A stretch of 64,000 nucleotides of DNA, taken from assembly GCA_039803205.1 (NCBI GenBank), contig JBDRYB010000008.1, positions 1-64,000 on the forward strand, in the 5' to 3' direction. Position numbers and translations under genes: made by a program. Positions within the stretch are counted from its first letter, which is position 1. Every line of letters starts with the position of its first letter. This document shows positions 27,784 to 37,154 of this stretch, piece by piece. A model generated the notes under the pieces. That model saw only the letters and a list, made by a program, of their open reading frames with translations. It ran no database searches and was not told where the DNA came from. The DNA is from a candidate division WOR-3 bacterium. GTDB lineage: Bacteria; Hydrothermota; Hydrothermia; JBDRYB01.

Positions 27784-29147
27784 CGCTTGAACCGCCTCCT
27801 TACAGCGAGAAGGAATAGGGTGATTATAACCAAACCCAGAACACCCTCGGCGAACATGAGCGCGGCCTTCCAGGGATTCTCCGGCACGCCCAAGATCATA
27901 TAGAAACCCGGTATGAGTGATTTGAGGCTAAAGATAAACGGGTTGGCCGCAAATGTCTCGCCCCTGTCTCTGACCGTCAACCCACCTATCCAATAGAGGA
28001 TGCCACAAACAAGATAAAGCCCCATAAGCCACACGAAAGCCTTGCGATAACTTTCTCCGCAACTGCTTATTCTGTGATACCAGCTCTGCAGACTGAACAC
28101 CTCATAGCGAACCCAGCGCCAGAAATGCCCGTGCCAGACGCCATAAACCCAAAGGAGCCCAATATAAGAGCAAAAATTCTTCCAGAAATCCTTTATCAAC
28201 CAGTAATTCGGGTAAATTTCCAGTTCCCTTTTCAATTCCATTTCCCTGATGTAAAAATGCCTTGCCTCCGGGAAAAGCCCATTATCCTCATAGTTCAAGC
28301 GAAGGCCCCGATAGGCCGACAGAGCCAGCTCCAAACCGGCCTTGTTCAACCTGCCGCTGTCCGAGTAATCACCCTGTGTCTTCAAATAATCTTCCGTGTA
28401 TATCCTGCCATCCCTCAGGAAATTCATGCCCACGAAGCCTATTCCTCTCAGAGTGTTCACGGATATGTTCACGAAAGCGAGGTGCTGTGCGTTCTCATCA
28501 AATAGTCTGAAATTGACCTTTTCGGGCTCGGCCATAAAAGCGGAATCAAGGATCAGGTGACCTTCGTTAAGGTCGCACCTCTCAAATACAGCACTTGCCA
28601 GGAAATCTGTCTGTTTGAAAATACATTCGCCTTTTATTATTGTTTCACGGAATAAAAGGGGTCCTGAGAATGTGGTCCGCAAGAAACGCGCCTCCCCTGA
28701 GAATGTGGCCTCCGAGAAATGCGCCTCCCCTGAGAATCTGGCCTCCGAGAAATACGCCTTCCCTGAGAATTTGGTCCCCGAGAAATGCGCCCTCCCTGAG
28801 AATGTGGCCTCCGAGAAATACGCCCTCCCTGAGAATGTGGCCCTCAAGAAATTCGCCTCCCCTGAGAATGTGGCCTCCGAGAAATGCGCCGGCTTGACAA
28901 ATTCTATTTCGTGAAAATCCATGTCTGGAAACACAAACCCCTTAAAATTGTAATACTCGTTGCCCTTATTGTCTTTCCGAATGAATTTATTCAGGGCTAC
29001 TGCTGGCCTTTCTTGCGGCTTTCCGTCCCAGAACGCTCTCCAGAACTCCTCCTTCTTGTCCTCCCGTCGCGAGTGATAAATGCAAAGCCCGTCCGGATCC
29101 TTGTCCCAGGCGTCAAATTCACAGCCCTTGTATATGCATCTGGCCAC
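27780..29147 (-). CDS. Pentapeptide-repeat protein with C-terminal two-TM channel-like domain
   Basis: N-terminal C..CIYH motif, 11-aa AxFSxAxFSG repeats, FYIREME, CGES, two TM helices ending RRRFKR; AT-richer than neighbours. Confidence 0.8.
   Translation of the reverse strand: MARCIYKGCEFDAWDKDPDGLCIYHSRREDKKEEFWRAFWDGKPQERPAVALNKFIRKDNKGNEYYNFKGFVFPDMDFHEIEFVKPAHFSEATFSGEANFLRATFSGRAYFSEATFSGRAHFSGTKFSGKAYFSEARFSGEAHFSEATFSGEARFLRTTFSGPLLFRETIIKGECIFKQTDFLASAVFERCDLNEGHLILDSAFMAEPEKVNFRLFDENAQHLAFVNISVNTLRGIGFVGMNFLRDGRIYTEDYLKTQGDYSDSGRLNKAGLELALSAYRGLRLNYEDNGLFPEARHFYIREMELKRELEIYPNYWLIKDFWKNFCSYIGLLWVYGVWHGHFWRWVRYEVFSLQSWYHRISSCGESYRKAFVWLMGLYLVCGILYWIGGLTVRDRGETFAANPFIFSLKSLIPGFYMILGVPENPWKAALMFAEGVLGLVIITLFLLAVRRRFKR
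28659..28889. repeat. Seven tandem 33-bp repeats
   Basis: Unit approx. CCCTGAGAATGTGGCCTCCGAGAAATGCGCCTC, encoding the 11-aa repeats. Confidence 0.9.
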
Positions 29148-29306
29148 GCCAAATTATGAACCGAGCGCCAGGGTGGGGGCAACACGGATACCCGAACCCG
29201 AAACGGGGGTTATAGGGGCCAGCCCTAAGTGTGGGAGGTGCTCATAATATGACCAGAGCCCCCAAAACTTGAATCTCTTCGTCCAAAGCCTCTATGCTCT
29301 GACCCT

Positions 29307-31211
29307 ATGAGAACGCGAATATCCCTCGTCCTCACGGTGCTCCCCTCTGTGGCTCTAGCCTATACCAAGGATTCGGTAATGGTTCCCATGAGGGATGGCA
29401 CGAGATTGAACACCAATATCTATAAGCCCACTGACACGAACGATTTCCCTCTACCGGTCATACTGATTAGGACGCCTTACGGCGCGGATGGCATTGACAA
29501 CGACCCCTGGGGCATATTCTACATCACAGATGTGAAGAGATACATTCTGGTCGTCCAGGACACGAGGGGGAGGTTTGAATCAGAGGGCAGGGACTCTGTA
29601 TTCCTTGATGATGGCTGGCGGGACGGGAAGCAGGATGGCTATGACTGCATTGAATGGATAGCGGGCCAGACATGGTGCAACGGAAAGATCGGCACATACG
29701 GCGGTTCCGCCTTAGGGATAACCCAATACATGGCCTCTGGCGCTGTTCCTCCCCACTTCACTTGCGGCCTGCCCGTTATGGCCGCTTGGGACTTCTACAG
29801 GCACGCGGCGGTGATCGGTGGGGAATACAGGCAATACGATTGCGATGGGTGGCTTTCGGGCCAAGGCTCTCTATACATGAGGGATTACTGGTTCTCCCAT
29901 CCGGACAAGGACACTGCCTGGGCGTGGCTTGATGTCTCGTCCAGAAAGGAGCTAGTGGATGTTCCCTTCCTGCACATAGGAGGCTGGTATGACATGTTCT
30001 CAGAGGCCACATGCGAGGCTTTCTGTGACCTTCAGTATTACGGTGCGAACGGAGCGAGGGGAAAGCAGAAGCTAATAATGGGGCCATGGTCCCACGGTTC
30101 CTTCGGGAGCAACCAGGTCGGCGAGATAACATTTCCCCAGAACGCCATCATCAGTCTTGATACAATTGCTTGGCCCTGGTTTGACTACTGGTTGAAGGGC
30201 ACGGGAACGATCCAGGGCCCAGCGGTTAGGTATTACCTCATGGGGCCGGTTGACACGGCAGGCTATTGGAACTCTTGGCGGGATTCGGATACCTGGCCCG
30301 TCCCGAGCTATCCAGCCATACTCTATCTGAGAGAAAACGGCAGGCTCTCGCTTGAACCCCCGGGGTCTGAGGCACCAGAGACATACACTTATGACCCAAA
30401 GGATCCCGTTCCCACAGTAGGGGGGACAAACCTCATCCTTCCCCAAGGACCACGGCACCAGCCTGATTCTGTTTGGATGAGGCCGGATGTCCTCCTCTAT
30501 GAAACAGAACCGCTCGTATCTGACGCCATAATAACTGGTAACATCTGGCTCAGGCTATACGCTAGCTCAGACAGGTACGACACGGATTTCACCGGAAAGC
30601 TGGTTGACATTTATCCAGATGGCCGGAGAATGCTCATCGCGGACGGGATACTAATGGCAAGGCACAGGCTCGGATACGATACATCAGCCCTTCTTACCCC
30701 GGGCGAGGTCTATGAGCTCAGGATTGACCTGTGGCCCACAGCATATGTCTTTCCCGCTGGACACAGGATAGGTCTGGCTGTTTCAAGCTCAAACTGGCCC
30801 CGTTTCAGAGCAAACCCGAATGTTCCTGAGCCGCTCGGCCAGGAAACTGATACCCTAATAGCTCACAACACGGTGTATCACGATGCGGCACATCCTTCAG
30901 CCCTCTTACTGCCGGTCGTGAATGGCTGGGGAGTTGGAGAATCCGCTGGTAAAAGCGGGTTCCAGCTAATCCTCTCCCCCAATCCCTTCAGGACAACCTG
31001 TGAGGCCTCCTTCTTCCTGGCAGAGGCCGGAGAGGTTTCCCTTAAGGTCTACGATATTTCGGGAAGGCTCGTGGAATCTCTGCTATCAGGCAAATATCCT
31101 GCGGGCAGGAACACGGTCAGCTTCGGCGAAAACCTGGGGCCGGGCGTATATCACATAGTTCTAACAGGAGGAAGCAAGAGGCTCGCGGAGAGGGTAATAA
31201 AGTTCAGGTGA
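29307..31211 (+). CDS. CocE/NonD family serine hydrolase with T9SS-like CTD
   Basis: VPMRDG, RTPY, QDTRGRFESEG, GGSALG, GGWYD, GPWSH, TYDP; CTD SPNPF...YDISGRLV...GVYH. Confidence 0.9.
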   Translation: MRTRISLVLTVLPSVALAYTKDSVMVPMRDGTRLNTNIYKPTDTNDFPLPVILIRTPYGADGIDNDPWGIFYITDVKRYILVVQDTRGRFESEGRDSVFLDDGWRDGKQDGYDCIEWIAGQTWCNGKIGTYGGSALGITQYMASGAVPPHFTCGLPVMAAWDFYRHAAVIGGEYRQYDCDGWLSGQGSLYMRDYWFSHPDKDTAWAWLDVSSRKELVDVPFLHIGGWYDMFSEATCEAFCDLQYYGANGARGKQKLIMGPWSHGSFGSNQVGEITFPQNAIISLDTIAWPWFDYWLKGTGTIQGPAVRYYLMGPVDTAGYWNSWRDSDTWPVPSYPAILYLRENGRLSLEPPGSEAPETYTYDPKDPVPTVGGTNLILPQGPRHQPDSVWMRPDVLLYETEPLVSDAIITGNIWLRLYASSDRYDTDFTGKLVDIYPDGRRMLIADGILMARHRLGYDTSALLTPGEVYELRIDLWPTAYVFPAGHRIGLAVSSSNWPRFRANPNVPEPLGQETDTLIAHNTVYHDAAHPSALLLPVVNGWGVGESAGKSGFQLILSPNPFRTTCEASFFLAEAGEVSLKVYDISGRLVESLLSGKYPAGRNTVSFGENLGPGVYHIVLTGGSKRLAERVIKFR

Positions 31212-31997
31212 TCACCTGAACCTAAGATACTCCTCTACCCTATTCTGGAAAGATTCTCTTGGAGCAAAGCCTTTAGACTGAGCTTTGGCAGGGGTCCCAG
31301 CATACAAAAACAGGGTTGGCGATGCGGTGTTTATCAGGTAGAAGTTGCCCCTAATGTCCCCAGTCATGTTGGTCCTGGCACCCGGTTCCGGCATCACTCC
31401 CGCGCATGGGTCTATGTCAAAGAGGATCTCAGAGTATCCGTAGTTGCCCGAGAAAACAATTGAATCCCTGGGCAATGTGTATGAGGTGTCCTTTGTAAAA
31501 AAGTAAATGTAGCGCTCACCGAGCTTTGTTCCCGAAGGAGTGTATCCGATTATCCCAACCCAGAAGTCATAGAAATCCGCGTCGTTAGCCTTTGTCCAGC
31601 TCACGCTGAGATCGGCCACGGCAACCGTGTCCGAATCAGGATGGGAGACAAATGAAAGGGTGTCCGGCATGTTCAGGGTTCCCTCAGAACCCCCGACATT
31701 TGACTCCACGGCGAGTTGAGCGATGTAGCCGGGGAGGAGTTCAAGCCCTGTCACGAGAACGCCGAGATAGACGGCGCCGTATGTGTTCCGGAACCACTCC
31801 CCGGGTATCTCCCAATCGTTCAGAAATGCCCTGCACTCAGAGGGGTTTGCCAGCGGGTCGGAGTAGATGAATACATCAATCTCATCAAGGTTATCAGAGA
31901 TGTGGAATATGTAAGCCAGAACCATACCGGCCTCGGCCGGCTCCGTCTTGTGGCAGGCCGAAAGTCCAAGGATACCGAAAAGGAGGATCCTTCTCAT
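31212..31997 (-). CDS. Lipoprotein (DUF4249-like)
   Basis: Lipobox LSAC after MRRI; beta-rich, VSWTK. Confidence 0.7.
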   Translation of the reverse strand: MRRILLFGILGLSACHKTEPAEAGMVLAYIFHISDNLDEIDVFIYSDPLANPSECRAFLNDWEIPGEWFRNTYGAVYLGVLVTGLELLPGYIAQLAVESNVGGSEGTLNMPDTLSFVSHPDSDTVAVADLSVSWTKANDADFYDFWVGIIGYTPSGTKLGERYIYFFTKDTSYTLPRDSIVFSGNYGYSEILFDIDPCAGVMPEPGARTNMTGDIRGNFYLINTASPTLFLYAGTPAKAQSKGFAPRESFQNRVEEYLRFR

Positions 31998-32080
31998 AGA
32001 TAGAAAATATAAAACCAGCCGAGCCCGCGTTTCAAACTATAAGAGGCAGGATATCGCCGGGTTAGCTTATAATTTCAATC

Positions 32081-32983
32081 GTGATCTGGGTTGTTCTTTT
32101 CCTGTGCCCTGAGGAAAAGGATTCCCTTACCCTCAGGCTAGATAGTCTCTTTTCACGGGCGTCGCGCTGGGAGGTCGGAACAGACGCGGACACGGCTCGT
32201 GCCGCGAGGGATACCCTCATCAAGATGAGGGACACTACCCTTGACTACATCTTCAAATACAAAATAGGAACCAGCGAGAGCCTTGAGCTTCGCGCCCTTG
32301 AGGTCATACTCAAGGGGCTTGGGCTTGAGGCAAGGCCTCGCCTCCTCGCGGCAATGACCCACGAGAACGACACAATCCGCTCAAACGCCATATACCTCGT
32401 TGGCCAAATAAAGGACACGATGCTCGCTGATACCATAGCGAACCTCCTGAGAAACGAGAGAAAACCAGGGGTAAAAAGAAGGGCTGTATACGCCCTCGGT
32501 GAGATGGGTCTTCCTCGGAGCGCGGATGTTGTAAAACCTTATCTCTCTGATACATCGGAGCGCATGCGCCTAGCGGCAACCGTTGCCCTCGGAAAGATAA
32601 AAGCTCACCCCGATGCCCTCTGCACCGTGCTCATGGACAAAAGCGTCCTCGTCCGGGAGGCCGCGGAGACCGGGCTTGAAAACTGCGGCAGGGTTGATCC
32701 TCTTCTTGAAAGATTTGGGAAATCCTCTGGGCGTGAGAGAGTAAACTGCCTAAAGGCCATAGGCCTCGTCCTCAGGAAGTCAAAGCCAAAGGATGAGGAG
32801 GCCGCTCGCGCTCGGAGGGCCTTGTTTCCGTTCCTTGACAGCCAATCGCCCACCGAGAGGGCCTGGACTGTTTGGGCCATTTCACCCGTCTCTGACGAGG
32901 GAACCAGAATAAAGCTCAATCTGATGGCTCAGACCGAAACGGATCCCTTCGTCTTATGGTGTATAGAGGAGGCTCTGAGGTGA
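32081..32983 (+). CDS. HEAT-repeat protein, probably exported
   Basis: Repeats IRSNAIYLVG, VKRRAVYALG, MRLAATVALG, VREAAETGL. Confidence 0.8.
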   Translation: MIWVVLFLCPEEKDSLTLRLDSLFSRASRWEVGTDADTARAARDTLIKMRDTTLDYIFKYKIGTSESLELRALEVILKGLGLEARPRLLAAMTHENDTIRSNAIYLVGQIKDTMLADTIANLLRNERKPGVKRRAVYALGEMGLPRSADVVKPYLSDTSERMRLAATVALGKIKAHPDALCTVLMDKSVLVREAAETGLENCGRVDPLLERFGKSSGRERVNCLKAIGLVLRKSKPKDEEAARARRALFPFLDSQSPTERAWTVWAISPVSDEGTRIKLNLMAQTETDPFVLWCIEEALR

Positions 32984-33135
32984 CAATCTTGGCAATGATC
33001 CTTTCGCCTGGCAATCGCGGTCACGAGGAGGAGAATTGCGAAGGGGACTTCAACTGGAAGCCTGGGGAGAAACCAGACCCTCAGAGAATCACCTTGATAG
33101 CTCCCGCACCGATACCCCTTCCGGAAAAGCCTTGA
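32980..33135 (+). CDS. 51-aa small ORF missing from the ORF track, coupled at both ends
   Basis: GTGA overlap with the HEAT gene stop, TTGA overlap with the murQ start, GAGGAGG 7 nt upstream. Confidence 0.4.
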   Translation: MTILAMILSPGNRGHEEENCEGDFNWKPGEKPDPQRITLIAPAPIPLPEKP

Positions 33136-34043
33136 GCCAAGAGCTCTTTGAGGAGATAGCCCGTCTCAGAACGGAGATGGAGAACCCGGTCTCACGCGAC
33201 CTTGACGCAAAACCAATAGAGGATGTCCTCCGGATAATAAACTCCGAGGATGCTCGCGTTGCCCGAGCGGTAGAGAAAGCAATTCCACATATAGCCAGGG
33301 TCATCAAGATATGCTCAGAAAGCCTCAGGCTCGGCGGCAGGGTAATATACATAGGCGCTGGGACATCCGGAAGGCTCGGTATCATTGATGCCGCAGAGAC
33401 ATGGCCCACATTCTCGGTTCCACCAGGGACATTCGTCGGCCTCATTGCCGGAGGCTCCGAGGCCGTTTTCAGGGCAAAGGAATTCTCCGAGGACAACAGG
33501 GATGAGGCAATAGCCCATCTCAACGAGATCAGCGTTTCGGCCAAAGATACCGTTATTGGCCTTTCGGCCTCCGGGAGGACCCCCTATGTGCTCTCTGGAC
33601 TGCAATACGCCAAAACCAAAGGCTGTCCCACAACTCTCATAACCGCTAATCCGGCCGAAAAGAGGGTGGATTTCCTAGACGAAATTATATGCGTGGACAC
33701 CGGCCCTGAGGTCATAGCTGGCTCAACCAGGATGAAGGCCGCCTTGGCTGAGATGATGGTCCTTCACATGATCTCAACAGGCACGATGGTCATGACGGGC
33801 CGTGTCTACGGCAACCTCATGGTTGATGTTCACGCTACGACCGCAAAGACAACCGAGAGGGCAAAACGAATAATCATGCTCTTGACCGGCGTTGGTTACG
33901 AGGAGGCAACCAGGTTGTTGGATGAGGCTGGAGGATCAGCCAAGATCGCTATCCTGATGAAGAAAAGGGGGCTCAGTTTCCAAGAAGCCAAGAGGGCCCT
34001 TGATGACGCCGGCGGTTTTCTCAGAAAGGCTCTCGGAGAATAA
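33132..34043 (+). CDS. murQ: N-acetylmuramic acid 6-phosphate etherase
   Basis: TEMENP, GAGTSGRLG, DAAETWPTF, ASGRTPYV, GPEVIAGSTRMKA, GNLMVDV; start 33132 (alternative 33036). Confidence 0.92.
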   Translation: MSQELFEEIARLRTEMENPVSRDLDAKPIEDVLRIINSEDARVARAVEKAIPHIARVIKICSESLRLGGRVIYIGAGTSGRLGIIDAAETWPTFSVPPGTFVGLIAGGSEAVFRAKEFSEDNRDEAIAHLNEISVSAKDTVIGLSASGRTPYVLSGLQYAKTKGCPTTLITANPAEKRVDFLDEIICVDTGPEVIAGSTRMKAALAEMMVLHMISTGTMVMTGRVYGNLMVDVHATTAKTTERAKRIIMLLTGVGYEEATRLLDEAGGSAKIAILMKKRGLSFQEAKRALDDAGGFLRKALGE

Positions 34044-34068
34044 AAAGGGGGTCTTTCGGCCCCCGTTT
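34043..34068. terminator. Bidirectional intrinsic terminator
   Basis: AAAA-GGGGGTC-TTTC-GGCCCCC-GTTT between convergent genes. Confidence 0.7.
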
Positions 34069-34086
34069 GTCTATCATGCCTTGCTA

Positions 34087-34632
34087 TTACTTTTTGGCGC
34101 AACCTCCGCAACCCATTAGGCTCGGCTTATACTCTGCCCTGGCATTAAGGCCCTTGACCTGGAAGTCATACATGGGCATTTCCCAGATCAGGGTGTTGCC
34201 CTCCTTTTTGTTCGCGTTGTGGGTGAGTATGTTGCCCGGCAGTTTCACGGTGAGCTTGAATGTGTATCCGCTGAAGGCGCTCTTCATGGTCTCATCCTCC
34301 GAGCCAGAACCCTCGCTCGTCATCTCAAATACCCACTTGTCGCCTTCCTTCCTGACCAGAGGCTTCTGGCCCTCCTTGGCCTGGGTGAAATCGTGGTTCT
34401 TCTTCTCTATTGTGAAATACACCGTGTCTCCCTTCTCCGTGCGCTTGGCCTCAGTTCCTATCTCCTTTGCCAAGGAATCAGCCATGCCGCCGAAAAAGGA
34501 CTCGTTATCCTTCAGACCATACAGGATAATGGTCTGAGTGCCCTTGCCGTTCGCGCCGATGTCAGACTTGATCTCCATGCTGAAGCATCCGACGCTTATC
34601 GCAACAATTCCAAATATCGCTAGCCTCTTCAA
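34087..34632 (-). CDS. LppM-like lipoprotein
   Basis: Lipobox SVGC, AAGGAGG RBS, VKLPG..THNA...GNTLIW. Confidence 0.7.
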   Translation of the reverse strand: MKRLAIFGIVAISVGCFSMEIKSDIGANGKGTQTIILYGLKDNESFFGGMADSLAKEIGTEAKRTEKGDTVYFTIEKKNHDFTQAKEGQKPLVRKEGDKWVFEMTSEGSGSEDETMKSAFSGYTFKLTVKLPGNILTHNANKKEGNTLIWEMPMYDFQVKGLNARAEYKPSLMGCGGCAKK

Positions 34633-34736
34633 GGCAACCTCCTTTGGGTTGTGGCGAAATTATAACGGAGCTGGCAAACGGGGATCAAACAAAAGTAGTT
34701 GGAAATGGGAAACCAACAACGAATATAATTTTCTCC

Positions 34737-36074
34737 TTGAGGCCCTGGATTGAGAAGCTTCTGCGTGCCCTCGGGGACGAGGTCGTCAAAACGAGCACTG
34801 AGGCCCTTGAATCCCGCTCAAGGGATGAGAGCAAGCTCGGGCCCTTTCTCCCTGAGGCCGTGGTATTGCCTCGGAATTCCTCAGAGGTCTCAATTGCTCT
34901 AAAAATAGCACGGGAGGAAAGGGTTCCGGTCTATCCAAGGGGCGCTGGGACAGGGCTTACCGGAGGAGCCTTGGCTGTCCAGGGCGGGATGTGCGTGGAT
35001 CTCAGCTGTATGGCCCGGATATCCGAAATTGACCCAGAGAACCTCGTCGCGATCGTTGAACCAGGGGTGATAACCGGCGAGCTCCAAAAAGAAGCCGAGG
35101 CAATGGGGTTATTCTATCCGCCCGATCCCGCGAGCCTCGAGACATGCTCAATGGGCGGCAACATCGCCGAGAACGCGGGCGGTCCACGCGCCCTAAAATA
35201 CGGGCTTACGGTCCACTATGTCCTCGGCCTTGAAGTGGTCTTGCCAGGGGGCGATATCCTCTGGCTCGGAAGGAGAACGAAAAAGGGCGTCACAGGTTAC
35301 GAGATGGCTTTGGGAGTAGTGGGTTCTGAGGGAACGCTAGGCGTCATAACCAGGGCCGCACTGAGACTCATCCCCAAGCCTCCGGCCGTTATAACCGCCA
35401 TGGCCTTCTTCCCGGACGAGCAGGATGCGTGCAAAGCAGTGGGCCAGATGATAAGGGAGGGGATATTGCCCAGGGTCATGGAGCTGGTTGATGGGGAAGG
35501 GGTGTCAGTCATCAGGGAACATGTTGGTTTTGCCCTCCCTGAGGGAACCATGCTCCTTTTGGAAACAGACGGCTCTGAAGAGGGCGCATGGGCCGATATG
35601 GAACGGGCCGCTGAGTTCGCGGAAGGCCACGGCGCGAGAGAGGTCATCGTTGCCCAGGATGATAGACGCGCCCGCGAGCTCTGGTCTGCCCGACGCTCTC
35701 TGGCAGAGGTCCTCCCAGGCTCCGCCGATGACGATGTCTGCGTTCCCAGGAGCGCTATACCGGAGGCTGTCGCCAGGATAAGGGAGGAGACCGGCAAACT
35801 GGGCTCAGAGCTCGTAATCTTTGGCCACGCTGGGGACGGTAACCTTCACTTCAAGATAAGGCAGGATGATCCGGAGAGGTTGAGATTAACCCGCGAGGCC
35901 ATTTACAAGATAGCCTTGGAGCTTGGAGGTTCGTTAACAGGGGAACACGGGGTTGGCCTCCTCAAGAAGGATTACATCTCGTGGGAACTGCCGAGGCCAT
36001 CGCTTGAACTGCAGAGAAAGCTCAAGGCAATCTTTGATCCCCTGGGGATAATGAACCCGGGGAAGTTCATGTAA
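34737..36074 (+). CDS. FAD-linked oxidase (GlcD / D-2-hydroxyacid dehydrogenase)
   Basis: PRGAGTGLTGG, YPPDPAS, ENAGG, GSEGTLG, GHAGDGNLH, GEHGVG, NPGK; TTG 34737 lies 7 nt from a TATAAT. Confidence 0.88.
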   Translation: MRPWIEKLLRALGDEVVKTSTEALESRSRDESKLGPFLPEAVVLPRNSSEVSIALKIAREERVPVYPRGAGTGLTGGALAVQGGMCVDLSCMARISEIDPENLVAIVEPGVITGELQKEAEAMGLFYPPDPASLETCSMGGNIAENAGGPRALKYGLTVHYVLGLEVVLPGGDILWLGRRTKKGVTGYEMALGVVGSEGTLGVITRAALRLIPKPPAVITAMAFFPDEQDACKAVGQMIREGILPRVMELVDGEGVSVIREHVGFALPEGTMLLLETDGSEEGAWADMERAAEFAEGHGAREVIVAQDDRRARELWSARRSLAEVLPGSADDDVCVPRSAIPEAVARIREETGKLGSELVIFGHAGDGNLHFKIRQDDPERLRLTREAIYKIALELGGSLTGEHGVGLLKKDYISWELPRPSLELQRKLKAIFDPLGIMNPGKFM

Positions 36075-36156
36075 AGAGAAAACTCCTTGTCTGGTCTGAT
36101 TATAGGAGCTAAACGCTTGGGTGCAAGGGTCCATAGCTAACCAATATAATATTCCC

Positions 36157-37119
36157 ATGAACTGGATATGGTTTGTTATCGCTCTCGTTGTCCTCGCGGG
36201 CGCGGGCTGGCTTATCTGGCGTTTCGGAACCAGGGTCGTGGTTACCGAGCGCCAGGGTGAGATAGTTACAATCAGAAAGCTCAAGCTTTCCCCTACCCTC
36301 ATTATAACCATCTCAACGGTTATCGTGCTCCTGGGCATTTTCTCAACGATAAGGGTTGTTCCTGTGGGGCATGTGATGGTTAAGTTCAATGTTGTCTCAA
36401 AGAAATACGAGGTCTCAGGCGAGGGGGTGGCGTTCCTGCCTCCTTTGGTCTACAACATCTATATCTATGACATTCGGCGTCAGGACTACACCATGAGCTC
36501 AGGTAGCGAGGGCCAGAAAAAGCCTCCCAGGGCTGATGAAACCCTTTGGTCCCCAACAATGGAAGGCCTCTCCGTCGGCATAGACCTCACGGTTTGGTAT
36601 AGATTGAACCCCGACCAGATAGTTGACATACACAAACGCATAGGGCCTGACTACGAGGAAAAGATAATCAAGCCAGCGTGCCGCTCCGTGACGAGGCATG
36701 TCATATCCAAATATAGCATAATGGAGGTCTACTCCGCGCGGCGCAAGGCCATAGAGGACGAGATCTTCGGCACTCTGAAGGGCCTTCTTGAGCGGGATGG
36801 GTTCATCATTGAAGGGGTCATGCTTCGTGATGTTCACTTTCCGCCTGATTTCTCAAAAGCCATAGAGCAAAAGCAGATAGCCCAACAGGAAGCCGAGCGC
36901 ATGAGCTATGTCCTTGAGAAGGAACAGAAAGAGGCCGAGCGCAAGAGGATAGAGGCCGAAGGCACAGCCCAGGCGATCAGGATCGTCTCGGCGGAGCTCA
37001 AACGCAACCCGGAATACATAACCTACATGTATGTTGACAAGCTCTCTGACGATGTCCAGGTCATAATCTCGGATCAGGGAACCATCCTGAACCTCGGGGA
37101 GCTGAAGAGGGGGAAGTGA
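36157..37119 (+). CDS. SPFH/prohibitin family membrane protein
   Basis: Two N-terminal TMs, RIGPDYEEKII, AIEQKQIAQQEAER. Confidence 0.85.
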   Translation: MNWIWFVIALVVLAGAGWLIWRFGTRVVVTERQGEIVTIRKLKLSPTLIITISTVIVLLGIFSTIRVVPVGHVMVKFNVVSKKYEVSGEGVAFLPPLVYNIYIYDIRRQDYTMSSGSEGQKKPPRADETLWSPTMEGLSVGIDLTVWYRLNPDQIVDIHKRIGPDYEEKIIKPACRSVTRHVISKYSIMEVYSARRKAIEDEIFGTLKGLLERDGFIIEGVMLRDVHFPPDFSKAIEQKQIAQQEAERMSYVLEKEQKEAERKRIEAEGTAQAIRIVSAELKRNPEYITYMYVDKLSDDVQVIISDQGTILNLGELKRGK

Positions 37120-37154
37120 TCTCAGAGGGGCAACCACAGGGGAGGACTGAAAAA

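Noticed and set aside
28659..28889. CRISPR array
   Set aside because: Units are contiguous with no spacers, in frame within a CDS, and no cas genes are present
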